From: an uncultured bacterium
GTDB lineage: Bacteria; Krumholzibacteriota; Krumholzibacteriia; JACNKJ01
NCBI GenBank assembly: GCA_963695095.1
Contig: CAVOFT010000001.1
Span: forward strand, 3,360,001-3,424,000
Length of the DNA: 64,000 nt
Direction of reading: 5' to 3'
Every line of letters starts with the position of its first letter. Position 1 is the first letter of the stretch. The translations under genes were made by a program, and so were the position numbers. The notes under the pieces were generated by a model, which was given only the letters and a program-made list of their open reading frames with translations, had not been told where the DNA came from and made no database searches. This document shows positions 21,201 through 31,392 of this stretch, one piece after another.

Positions 21201-23303
21201 GACGAAGCCGGCGAGGATGCCCTCGCCCTGATTCCAGATCGTGAATTGCTGCTGCGAGGAGCTGCCCACGGAGACGACGCCGAAGTTGAGCGAGGGCGGC
21301 TGCAGCACGCAGACAGGCTCCAAGGGGGAGAAGCAGGGGCAGCTCGGCGGATCGCTGCAGTTGAAGGTGAAGGCGCCGCCGGCGACGGCCAGCTCGTCGT
21401 AGTTGTCGTCCACGATGACCAGACCGCTGCCGTTGAGGGCGGGCGCCACGCTCACCGTGTGGTCGGGGCCGATCCAGTCGGTCTGTTCGTAGCTGCTGAA
21501 GACGAGGTAGCCGATCTCGACGATGGGCCCGGGCTGCGGGCTGGACCAGGCCAGCGCGATGCCGTCCTCGAGATTGCCGATGACCAGCGAGGTGCTCCAG
21601 GTGGCCGTGTAGCTGCCGGCAGGGGGCACTCCATTGAAGGGCAGGTTGGCGAGGCGGAATTCGCAGGCCGTGATGCCCGCGCCCGCGAAGTCCGGCAGCA
21701 CGGCCAGCACGCGCACCTGCACGACCTGGCTGGAGCCGTCCAGGGGTCCCTGGCAGATCTGCGCCTCGGGATCGCGATAGAGGCCGATGTGATTGCCCGC
21801 GGGCTCGCTGATCTCCTGGCCCCATCCCCTGAGAGTCACCGGCGGGCAGTCGTTCGTGCCCAGGTCCAGCGCGCACTCGTGGGCACCGGCTGCTGTCGGA
21901 CTGAAGCGGATCTGGATCACGCGGCTGGCGCCGGGCGCGACATCGAAGTGCCCGCTGGTGAGCACGGTGAAGGCCGGCACCTCGGGGCAGGGTTGAGCCG
22001 GGATGTCCAGGGGCAGGCTGGCCGTGCCCGTGTTCGTCACCGTCAGCACGCGCAGGCGCTGTTCGCCCAGGAGCGTGGCGCCGAAGTCGAGGCTTTCGGG
22101 CGTCACCTCGCAGCTCGCTTCTCCCGCGAAGGCGGTGCCGAAGCAACGCAGCTCCGAGCACTGGTCGGTGCCGAGATCGACATCGCAGTGCAGGTTGCCG
22201 CTGACCAGGGGCGCAAAGCGGACGGTGATCGTGTGTCCCTCGCCGCCCGCCAGGCTGAAGGCCCCGGCGCCGGCGACGACCTCGAAGTCCGGGCAATCCT
22301 CGCCGACGAAGCCGGACAGGACGCCGCCGCCCAGGTTCCAGATCGTGCAATCCAACTCGGCGCTCTCGCCGACATCGAGGCTGCCGAAGCCTAGCGAGTT
22401 GGGCAGGAGCTGGCAGACCGGTTCGCTTCCCTCATAGCAGGGACAGCTCGGCGGATCGCTGCAGTTGAAGGTGAAGCGGCCCCCGCCGACGCTCAGCTCC
22501 GTCGCGCTCTCGGCATCGACAACGATCAAGTCGGCGTGCGAGAAGCCGGGAAGGGCTGCGAGCGTGTGATCGGGACCGATCCAGTCGTCGGCCTGGAGCG
22601 ACATGAAGGTGATCGTGCCGATCTCGACGATGGGCCCGGGCTGTGGCGTGCCCCAGGCCAGGGCGATGCCGGTCTCCAGGTTGCCGATGATCAGGTCGGT
22701 GGTCCAGGTGACCGACCAGAAGCCCTCCGGCGGCGCGCTCGGGGGCAGGCCGGCGACGCTGAACTCACAGGCCGAGATGCCCGAGCCCTCGTAGTCCGGC
22801 AGCACGGCGAGCACGCGCACTGTCACGATCTGCCCGGGGCCGTCCAGCGGCCCCTGGCAGATCTGCGCGTCCGTGTCCAGGTAGAGGCCGATGTGGTTGC
22901 CCAGCGGCTCGCTGGGTTCTTGACCCCAGCCGGCAAGAGTCACCGGGGGGCAATCGTTCGTGCCCAGATCCAGTTCGCAGCTGTAGGCACCGGCCGCGGC
23001 GGGAGCGAAGCTGATCTCGATCGCCTGGCTCTCGCCGGGCGGGACATCGAAGTGCCCGCTGGTGAGCGCGGTGAAGGCCGGGGCTTCGGGACAGGGTTGC
23101 GCGGGGACGTCCAGCGGCAGCGCGGCCGTGCCCGTGTTCGTCACCGTCAGCACGCGCAGGCGCTGTTCGCCCAGGAGCGTGGCGCCGAAGTCGAGCGTCT
23201 CGAAGTCCACCGCGCAGTCCTGCGCCCGGGCGACTCCGAGCGGCAGGGCTGCCGTGGCGAGCAGGAGCAATCCCCAGAGGCGCAGCTGTCCTTTCACCGC
23301 CAT
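18294..23303 (-). CDS. Giant Cys-rich surface protein B (~1668 aa): 8 ASH/choice-of-anchor-D-like Ig domains, 4 unknown domains, C-terminal FlgD-Ig; frameshifts near 20710, 18530, 18457
   Basis: Signal peptide; repeated C.(V/L).P..L.FG...F.I.N.G...L.G...F.P; ends PNPFNP...WDGRDEAGRAAGSGVYFIRL...KLVLLR; colinear with 23365-27262. Confidence 0.85.
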
Positions 23304-26300
23304 CTCCTTCCCCGTGCAGGGCGCTCGATGCGGTGGCCCTGCCGCCTTTGATAAAAGCCGCCGCCTAGCGCAGCAGCACCAGCTTCTGGCTCTCGTTCAC
23401 GCCCGCGGCCTGCAGGCGGATGAAGTAGACGCCCGAGCCGGCAGCGCGGCCCGCTTCGTCGCGGCCGTCCCAGATGAGCGCGTGCGGCCCCGCCGCCGAT
23501 TCCTCATCCAGCAGCGACCTCACCTGCCGGCCCGCCACGTCGTAGACCGCCAGGCGCACGCGGCCGGCCTGGCCCAGCGTGAAGGGCACCGTGACGTTCG
23601 GATTGAAGGGATTCGGGTGCGCGGCAAGCAGCGCCGTGCGCAGGGCGAGTCCCGCCACCGCGAGCTGCTCGTCGCGCAGAGGCTGCCAGGTCTCCCCGGG
23701 CAGGCGGCCCCAGAGCCGGTAGCGCACGCTGCCCGCGCTGCTCAAGGCCGCGGCGCGGTCCTCGGCGGCGTACTGACCCGGCGCCGTCTCCTGCCAGGGC
23801 ACGAGCCAGGAGAAGCCGTCCCGCTCGCCCTCGAGGCGGAACTCGGCGTCGCCGCCGCCCTCATGGCTCCAGCGGATGCGGGCGCTGCCGCCCAGATCCT
23901 CGAGGCTGAAGGCGCTCAGCGCGACGGGCATGGTGATGAAGCAGTCGCAACCACCGGGCAGGCCGCCCTCGCAGTTGAGCGTGATGTGCCCCGGCTCGCA
24001 CCAGTACTCCACGTAGTCCGTACCCACGACCACCATGTTGCCGCTGCCCTGGCTGGGCACGATGGTCATCCGGTGGTCAGCGCCGATCCAGTTCGGACTG
24101 ATCGGGAAGAGCTCGATCGTGCCCAGTTGCGCCAGCGGGCCCGGCAGCCAGGGGCTGAAGGCGAGGGCAACGCCGTAGCCGGGCTCGCCGATCACGAGCA
24201 TTGTATTCCAGTTGTAGGTGACGATGCCGCCGTTGCCCGACGCCGGCAGGTTGTCGATGGCGAACTCCGCCGCCGTGATGCCGGGCAGCCAGTAGGGCAA
24301 GAGCGCGGTCACGTAGACCGACGCCGGCTGGTAGAGCGGCACGTCCAGCTCGCAGTAGACCGCATTCTGGTCGCCGTAGAGACCGAGGAAGGGATTGCCG
24401 CCGCCGCCGCCCGTGGCGGTGCCGAAGCAATGCACCTCGGGGCAATCCGCCAGGCCCGTCGTGACGGTGGCCTCGAAGATGCCCACGCCGCCCGGCTGGA
24501 AGCTGACGCGGACCAGCCGCATCTCGCCGGGATCGAGCAGGAAGGGCCCCTCGCCCTCGGTGATGTGGAAGTAGGTGCCGCTGATCTGCACATCGCCGGC
24601 CATCGGCGCGTAGCCGACGTTGCTGATCGTGAAGTTGCGGTGGGCGCTGTTGCCGTAGCTGACGGTGCCGAAATCCAGCTCCGTGCTCGAGAGCGCGCAG
24701 GCGCCGGCCTCGAAGTCCAGGCAGTCGCAGAGCTCGGGATCCAGGCAGTTGAGCGTGAAGCGGCCGCCGCCCAGGTCCCAGCCCAATCCGGCGCCGTCAT
24801 TCACCCGGAGCTGATCGCCGTCGAGTGAGCGCTCCACGCGCAGGACGAGGTTGTCGGGCAGGTTGACGAGCGGATAGACCGTCAGCCAGCCCAGCGCCAC
24901 GAATTCTCCGGGCAGTGGCGCGCCGAAGTCGAAGCGGATGCCGATGGCGATGTCGCCGCCCAGGGGCGGGTAGAACCAGGTCGCGGTGACTTCGGCCAGA
25001 CCGGCGAGCGCCTCGAGCCCGGCCACGCGGAACTCGGCCGCCGTGATGCCGGGGTCGGCGAAGCTGGGCACCTTGGCGATCACGAAGACGGTGTCGGGAA
25101 TGCCGATCGGGAAGTCACCGGCGCAGAGGGTGCCCGCCTCGTCCAGGAAGAGGCCGATGTGATCGCTGGCCGGCACCGGATTGCGAGCGAAGCCGCTCAG
25201 CGGCACCGTCGCGCAGGCCGCCGCGCCCAGCTCCACCTCGGCGCCGTGCGGACCGTAACTCGCGGGATCATAGCGCAGGGTGACCTGCCGCGCCTGGCCG
25301 GCCGGCAGGGTGAAGGGACCGCCGCCCGACAGCAGGTGGAAGTGCTCGCTGTCGAGGGTGATGTCGCCGACCAGGGGCCCATCGCCATCGTTGGCAAGGG
25401 TGAAGCTGCCGTTGGCAGAGTTGCCCAGCAGCAGTTCGCCGAAATCGAGGCTGGCCGGCAGGATCTCGCAGGTCGGCGCCGGCTCGTGGGCCTGCCCGTC
25501 CAGGGGCAGCTCGCCGCAGGTGGCATTGCCCGTCTCGACGACGGCCGGATGCGGCCCGTAGTCCAGGGGCGTGTAGCGCACCGTGAACTGCCGCAGGGCT
25601 CCCGCCGCCAGGCTGTAGGCCCCGCCGCCCTGAACGACGCTGTAGTTGGGATCGCTCACGCTGATCGTGCCTTCGAGCAGGAGATCGCCGGTGTTGCGCA
25701 GCTCGGCCTGCAGATCGGCGCTCGTGCCGAGGGCGATGTCCCCGAAATCGAGCGCGTCCGGATCGAGCGTGCAGCCAAGGACCGGCTCATGGGCCGCGCC
25801 CGTGCAGGGCACGGCATCGCAGTACTCGCTGCCCAGATCGACGGCGCACTCGTAGGCCCCCGGCGCGCTGGGCGCGAAGCGCAGGGTCACCGTGCGGGTC
25901 TGGTTGGCGGCCAGCGAGTAGGCGCCCTCCCCGGCGATGAGGGAGAAGTCCGGGCAGTCCTCACTGACAGTGCCCTCCAGCAGGCCGACACCGGTGTTGC
26001 GAATGACGAAGCTCAGGTTCTGCGTCGCGCCGACCGCCAGATCGCCGAAGGCAAGGTGGTCGGGCGTCAGCTGGCAGATCGGCACCGGCGCGTAGCCGCT
26101 GCCCGTGCAGACCAGCTCCGAGCAGTAGCTGTTGCCGAGATCGATGATGCAGGTCTTCGGACCCGTGCTCAGGGGCGCGAAGCGCACGTAGACCGTGTGC
26201 CCCTCGCCGCTCGCCACGCTGAAGGTGCCGGCGCCGGCCAGGATGGAGAAGTCCGGGCAGTCGGCGCTGACGAAGCCGGCGAGCGGCCCGTCGCCCTGGT

Positions 26301-27200
26301 TCCAGATCGTGAAGCTCTGCTCCGAGCTGTTGCCCACGTTCACGACGCCGAAGTTCAGCGAGGGGGGCTGCAGCACGCAGAGCGGCGGGGACGGTTCGAA
26401 GCAGGGGCAGCTTGGCGGGTTCGTGCAGTTGAAGGTGAAGGCGCCGCCGCCCACGGCCAGCTCGTTGTAGTTGTCGTCCACGATGACGAGCGCATCGCCC
26501 CAGAGTGGAGCGTTCCACGGTCATCGTGTGGTCGAGGCCGATCCAGTCGGTCTGCTCGAAGCTGCGGAAGACGATGTAGCCGAGCTCGACGATGGGCCCC
26601 GGCTGCGGGGCGGGCCAGGCCAGCGCGATGCCCTCTTCGAGATCGTCGCCGATCACGAGCGAGGTGTTCCAGTTCACCGTGTAGCTGCCCGCCGGCGGGA
26701 GGCCGTTCTCCGGCACGTTGGCGATGCGGAACTCGCAGGCGGTGATGCCCGCGCCCGCGAAGTCCGGCAGCACGGCGAGGATGCGCACCTGCAGCACCTG
26801 GTTGGCTCCGTCCAGGGGCGCCTGGCAGACCTGCGCTTCGGGGTCGCGATAGAGACCGATGTGATTGCCCGCGGGCTCGCTGATCTCCTGCCCCCAGCCC
26901 GTCAGGGCGACCGGCGGGCAGTCGTTCGTGCCCAGGTCCAGCTCGCATTCATGGGCGCCGACGGCCGCCGGCGTGAAGCGGATCTGGATCACCCGGCTCG
27001 CACCGGGCGCGACATCGAAGTGCCCGCTGGTGAGCACGGTGAAGGCCGGCACGCCGGGGCAAGGTAAGGCCGGAATGTCCAGGGGCAGGCTGGCGGTGCC
27101 GGTGTTGGTCACCGTGAGCGAGCGCAGGCGCTGCTCGCCGAGGAGCGCGGCTCCGAAGTCGAGCGTCTCGAAATCGACGGCGCAGTCCTGCGCAAAGGCG
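18294..27200 (-). repeat. Tandem gene duplication plus ~1.1-kb intragenic duplication in B
   Basis: Near-identical blocks, e.g. 20717-20870 vs 25785-25940 and 18294-18400 vs 23365-23471; gcgctgttcgcccaggagcgtggcgccgaagtcgag near both 22056 and 23160. Confidence 0.9.
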
Positions 27201-27262
27201 CCGCCGGCGGCCGCGATCAGGACGACGAGCGCAAGCAGCGCGCGGAGATTCAGCCTGGACAT
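23365..27262 (-). CDS. Giant Cys-rich surface protein A (~1298 aa): 6 ASH-like Ig domains, 3 unknown domains, C-terminal FlgD-Ig; frameshift near 26495
   Basis: MSRLNLRALL..AFA-Q signal with ggagg RBS; ORF 25961..27289 joins ORF 23365..26481; same repeats and CTD as paralog B. Confidence 0.87.
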
Positions 27263-27297
27263 GGTGGCCTCCCTTCGTTCCCCTCTCACCCCCTCGA

Positions 27298-27306
27298 ATT
27301 ATAGCA
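27298..27306 (-). promoter_or_regulatory. Extended -10 promoter for the giant-protein pair
   Basis: Minus strand TGcTATAAT, about 35 nt upstream of the ATG at 27262. Confidence 0.6.
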
Positions 27307-27396
27307 TAGAGCACCCCGAAATGCCGAATTCCAGACTTCGATTCGAGAATTGCGCCGTGATCGGGCATCAGGCCGCGCCAGCGGCGCCGCCGCGCG

Positions 27397-28293
27397 TCAA
27401 TCCCGATTCTGGAAGACGCCCGCCACGCCCGCCACGACGAGGGCCGCGCCGGCGAGCGTCCAGGCCGTCACCCGCTCGTCGAGCAGGAGCCAGCCCAGGA
27501 AGACGGCGATCACCGGATTCGCATAGGTGTAGGTGGCGACCACGCGGTAGGGCAGGCGCCGCAGCGTGCCCATGTAGCTGGTGAAGGCCAGCACGGAGCC
27601 GAAGAGCACCAGGTAGGCCCAGGCCAGCCAGGCCTCGCCCGTCGGGCGCGGCAGGGGCTCCCGCAGCGCCAAGGACGCGGCCAGCAGCGCCAGCCCGCCC
27701 AGCCCCTGCTGCCAGCCGGAGATGGCCAGGATGCCGAGATCGGGCCGCCGCCGCTGCAGCCAGATCGATCCGAGCGCCCAGAAGAAGGGCGCGGCGAGCA
27801 GGGCCACCACGCCGAGCACATCGGCCCGCGTCCCCGCCCGCAGCAGCGGCCAGGACAGCACGGCCACCCCGGCGAAGCCGATGAGCACCGAGCCCACGGT
27901 GCGCCAGCTCGGCAGGCGGCGATCGAGCAGGATCGCGATCAACTCGGCCCAGATCGGCATCGCCGCCACCAGCAGGGCCGCGAAGCCCGAGTCGGCGTGC
28001 TGTTCGGCGATGGTCACCAGGCCGTTGCCGCCCAGCCAGAGCAGGGCGCCCGTGGCCGCGAGCAGCCAGAACTCTCCGCGGCTCACCCGCACGCGCTGCC
28101 GGCGCAGCCGCGCCCAGCCGAGCAGGATCGCCGCCGCCAGGACCACGCGCATGGCGGCCATGATCAGGGGCGGGAAGCCCGCGCCCTCGCGCACGGCCAC
28201 GCGGATGGCGAGGTAGGTGCTGCCCCACACCAGGTAGACGATGGCCAGTTGCGCCAGGCCGAGGCGGTCGAGCCTAGCCCGCGAGGGTGCCAT
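27397..28293 (-). CDS. EamA/DMT transporter (YedA-like)
   Basis: VYLVWGSTYLAIR, GGNGLV, YLVLFGSVLAF, TYTYANPVIAV. Confidence 0.9.
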   Translation of the reverse strand: MAPSRARLDRLGLAQLAIVYLVWGSTYLAIRVAVREGAGFPPLIMAAMRVVLAAAILLGWARLRRQRVRVSRGEFWLLAATGALLWLGGNGLVTIAEQHADSGFAALLVAAMPIWAELIAILLDRRLPSWRTVGSVLIGFAGVAVLSWPLLRAGTRADVLGVVALLAAPFFWALGSIWLQRRRPDLGILAISGWQQGLGGLALLAASLALREPLPRPTGEAWLAWAYLVLFGSVLAFTSYMGTLRRLPYRVVATYTYANPVIAVFLGWLLLDERVTAWTLAGAALVVAGVAGVFQNRD

Positions 28294-29407
28294 AGAATGC
28301 CGCGTAGTCGTCCACCATGCGCTGGAGACGGAACTTCGCGCGCACCTCGCGGCCGGCGGCCTCGGCCAGGCGCTGCCGCTCGGCGGCATTGCGGAGCAGG
28401 CGCGGGATCTCGCGCGCCAGGGCCGCGCGCTTCGCCTCGCCCAGCGGCGGCACGAGCAGGCCGTTCACGCCGCTCTCGATCAGGTGGCGGTTGCCCTCGA
28501 TCTGGGTGGCGACGACCGGCGTGCCGGCGGCCATGGATTCGAGAATCGCATTGCTCGTTCCTTCGTTGCCGTAGGAAAGCAGGCAGAAAAGGTCGAAGGC
28601 GGCGTAGCACTCGGCCACGTCGCTGCGGAAGCCGGGCAGGTGCATGCGGTCCGCAAGGCCGCGCCGCGCGGTCTCGGCGCGGAACCAGTCCGCCTGGTCC
28701 CCGTCGCCGATGATCACCGCGTGCAGGGGCCGCCCCGCCACCTCGGGCACCCGCTCGAGCAGATCGAGCATGGCCGGATGGTCCTTGAAGGGGAAGAAGC
28801 GCGCCACCGTGCCCAGCAGCCAGACGTCCTCGGGAATGCCCAGCTCGCGGCGCTTGGCGGCGGCATCGACGCGCAGCGAATCGAAGCGCTCGAGCGAGAC
28901 GCCGTTGATGATCACCTGCACCTGGCCCGGCGGGTAGTGCAGGGTGCCGACGAGGTAGTTGCCCAGGCCGGGCGAAACGCAGAGCACGCGGTCGGCCATG
29001 ACGGCGAGCGCGCGGCTCACCAGCTTCTTGCGCCAGCCGACCAGCTGCACCATGCCGTGCTCGCCGTTGATCACGGCCGGCACCCGGGCCAGGCGCGCGC
29101 CCAGCGTGCCGTAGAGGTTGGGCGTGTAGTTGCGGCAGTGCACGATGTCCGGCGCCAGTTGCCGGAACAGCTTGGCCAGGCGGAAGGGCAGCTCGGGGGC
29201 CAGGCGGTCCGGGTAGGCGAGATTGATCACGCGCGCGGTCGGGTTCGTGATGCGCGCGGCCAGGGCGCCCGCATCGTGCAGGCAGACCACCGTCGAACGG
29301 AAGCGCTCCCGATCGAGGCCGTTGACGACATTGACCACGCCGTTCTCCAGCCCGCCGGAGCGCAGGGTGGTCTGCACGTGGCAGATGTGGATGGGCGCGC
29401 GCGCCAC
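28274..29407 (-). CDS. Glycosyltransferase family 4 (resembles exosortase/EpsH-associated type)
   Basis: GGLENGVVN, GEHG, IINGV, KDH, NEGTSNAILESMAAG. Confidence 0.88.
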   Translation of the reverse strand: MARAPIHICHVQTTLRSGGLENGVVNVVNGLDRERFRSTVVCLHDAGALAARITNPTARVINLAYPDRLAPELPFRLAKLFRQLAPDIVHCRNYTPNLYGTLGARLARVPAVINGEHGMVQLVGWRKKLVSRALAVMADRVLCVSPGLGNYLVGTLHYPPGQVQVIINGVSLERFDSLRVDAAAKRRELGIPEDVWLLGTVARFFPFKDHPAMLDLLERVPEVAGRPLHAVIIGDGDQADWFRAETARRGLADRMHLPGFRSDVAECYAAFDLFCLLSYGNEGTSNAILESMAAGTPVVATQIEGNRHLIESGVNGLLVPPLGEAKRAALAREIPRLLRNAAERQRLAEAAGREVRAKFRLQRMVDDYAAFYGTLAG

Positions 29408-29408
29408 C

Positions 29409-30161
29409 CTAGTTGCCGCCGGCCGCGAGCAGTCCCTCGAGCACGGGCCGGGCCGCCGCCGTCATCGCCGCATAGCCCTTCTCGTTGGGATGGATGTCGT
29501 CCACGGCCATGTCCGCGGGCAGGAAGCCCTTTTCGTCGGCCATCGCCTGGTAGAAATCGATGAGCCCGTAGCCGCGCTCGGCGGCGAGCTGGCGCAGCCA
29601 GTCGTTGTAGGGCAGCAGGCGGTCGTTGATGCCGCTGGGCTGCTTCTTGCCGTCGGAGCCGTAGACGGCGTTGCCGTCCTCGCGCACCGGCACGCAGGTG
29701 GCGAGCACGGGCCTCACGCCAGCCGCCTCGGCCTGGGCGACCATGTCCAGCAGGGCGCGCCGCGTGCCCGCCTCGTCCACGCCGGGCCGGAAGGTGATCG
29801 CGCAGGCCTTGATGACCACCGCGCGGGGCTTCAGGTCGAGCACGTCGCTGGCGAAGCGCAGCAGGTAGTGGCTGGGCCACTGCCCGCCTACGCCGCGCTG
29901 GGCTACCTTGAGCGCGCCCAGCTTGCCTTCGGGGTCCCAGCGCTTCGTGATCGAGGCGCCCATGAAGACCACGTCCGGCCGCTCGCCGCGCTCGAGCCAC
30001 TGGCGGTTCTCCGCCGCGAAGAAGTCGCTCTTCGTGAAGCGCTCGCTGATCACCTCCACCTTGGCCATCGCGGCCAGCGCGCCCTTGCGATAGGCCCAGG
30101 CCTTGTAGGCGACGCCGGCCAGCACCACGAGCAGGATCAGGATCGTCAGTCGTCCAAGCAC
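29409..30161 (-). CDS. SGNH/GDSL hydrolase family protein, N-anchored
   Basis: VVFMGASIT, RGVGGQ, RF..DV..LKP, DDIHPNEKGY; N-terminal TM helix. Confidence 0.85.
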   Translation of the reverse strand: MLGRLTILILLVVLAGVAYKAWAYRKGALAAMAKVEVISERFTKSDFFAAENRQWLERGERPDVVFMGASITKRWDPEGKLGALKVAQRGVGGQWPSHYLLRFASDVLDLKPRAVVIKACAITFRPGVDEAGTRRALLDMVAQAEAAGVRPVLATCVPVREDGNAVYGSDGKKQPSGINDRLLPYNDWLRQLAAERGYGLIDFYQAMADEKGFLPADMAVDDIHPNEKGYAAMTAAARPVLEGLLAAGGN

Positions 30162-30201
30162 GGTTCTTCCTCCAGGCAGGAGGCGGGGCGCAAGCCCGGC
30201 C

Positions 30202-31389
30202 TCAGTTCATGCGGTCGGCGGTGCGCTCGATCAGCTCCACCAGGCGATTGGCGATGTCCTTCCAGTCGAAGGCGGCCTTCACCCAGGCCCGGCCGGCCTC
30301 GGCGCGGCGCGCGCGCTCGGCGGGATCGGCCGCCAGGCGCCTCAAGGCGGCGGCCGCCTCGTCGGCGCTCCCCACGGTGATCAGGAAGTCGACGTCGTAG
30401 CGGCGCACCTCGTCCAGGTCCGTCGTCAGCACCGGCTTGCCCATGGCCAGGTACTCGAAGAGCTTCATCGGGCTGGCCTTGTGGCTGATCGGGATGGGCA
30501 CGAAGAGATTCAGGCAGACGTCCATCGCCGCGATTTCGGCAGGGACCCGGTGAAAGGGCACTGCCCCCGGCAACTCGACGTTCTCGAGCCCGCGCTCGGC
30601 GGCGGACCTGCGCACCTGCTCGAAGTCCCGCCCGGCGCCGATTAGCCGAAAGCGAGTGTCGGGCATGCGGGCGGCGATGTCCAGGATGAGCGCGAAGTCG
30701 ATGAAGTACTCGAAGGCGCCGAGATAGCCGACCACCGGGCGCCGGCCCTCGCCCTCGCGGCCCACCCGACCCGCGGTGGCCGCGTACACGGCGTCGAAGC
30801 GCGCGAAGTCCACGCCGTTGGGGAGCACCTCGATGTGGCGGCTGGGATAGTCCTCGGCCAGGCTGTGGCTCACGCTGAGCACGAGGTCGGCGGCCTCGAT
30901 CATGCCGTTCAGGGTGCGCCGGCCCTGCCAGAGCAAGGGCCCGACGGCCAGCCGCCCCAGCTCCTTGGCCAGCATCGCCTCGTAGTCGTCGGCCAGGTCG
31001 AAGACGCGCACGAGCTTGCGCCCCCGCGCGTGGATGTCGAGCAGCCCCGCCTGCGGCAGGTTGTAGACGATGAGCGCGTCGACGGGATCCTCGGCCACGA
31101 TGCGCTCCACGGTGTCGCGGCAAACCAGGCCGTAGCTGCCCTTCTTGACCAGCTTGTCCAGGGGCCAGCGTCGCCCCCAGAACCAGCCGGGCATGGCCAC
31201 GTCCCGCAGCGCGATGCCCTCGGGCAGTTCCACGTCGATCTCCTGGAAATTCGTCTCGCCGATATCCGCGGCCGGCGGCTGCAGGACGCTGATGCGGTGG
31301 CCCATGGCCGCGAGCTGGCCGAAGAGATGGTGGTAGCGGGTCCAGTTCACGGCGCGATAGCGGGCGAGATACGGAAAGAGGATGTGCAC
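30202..31389 (-). CDS. Glycosyltransferase family 4
   Basis: FDLADD, LPNGVD, VGYLGA, SPMKLFEYLAMGKPV. Confidence 0.88.
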   Translation of the reverse strand: MHILFPYLARYRAVNWTRYHHLFGQLAAMGHRISVLQPPAADIGETNFQEIDVELPEGIALRDVAMPGWFWGRRWPLDKLVKKGSYGLVCRDTVERIVAEDPVDALIVYNLPQAGLLDIHARGRKLVRVFDLADDYEAMLAKELGRLAVGPLLWQGRRTLNGMIEAADLVLSVSHSLAEDYPSRHIEVLPNGVDFARFDAVYAATAGRVGREGEGRRPVVGYLGAFEYFIDFALILDIAARMPDTRFRLIGAGRDFEQVRRSAAERGLENVELPGAVPFHRVPAEIAAMDVCLNLFVPIPISHKASPMKLFEYLAMGKPVLTTDLDEVRRYDVDFLITVGSADEAAAALRRLAADPAERARRAEAGRAWVKAAFDWKDIANRLVELIERTADRMN

Positions 31390-31392
31390 CCG

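Noticed and set aside
18294..27262. Diversity-generating retroelement TR/VR pair between the giant paralogs
   Set aside because: No reverse transcriptase; differences are not adenine-specific and span whole genes
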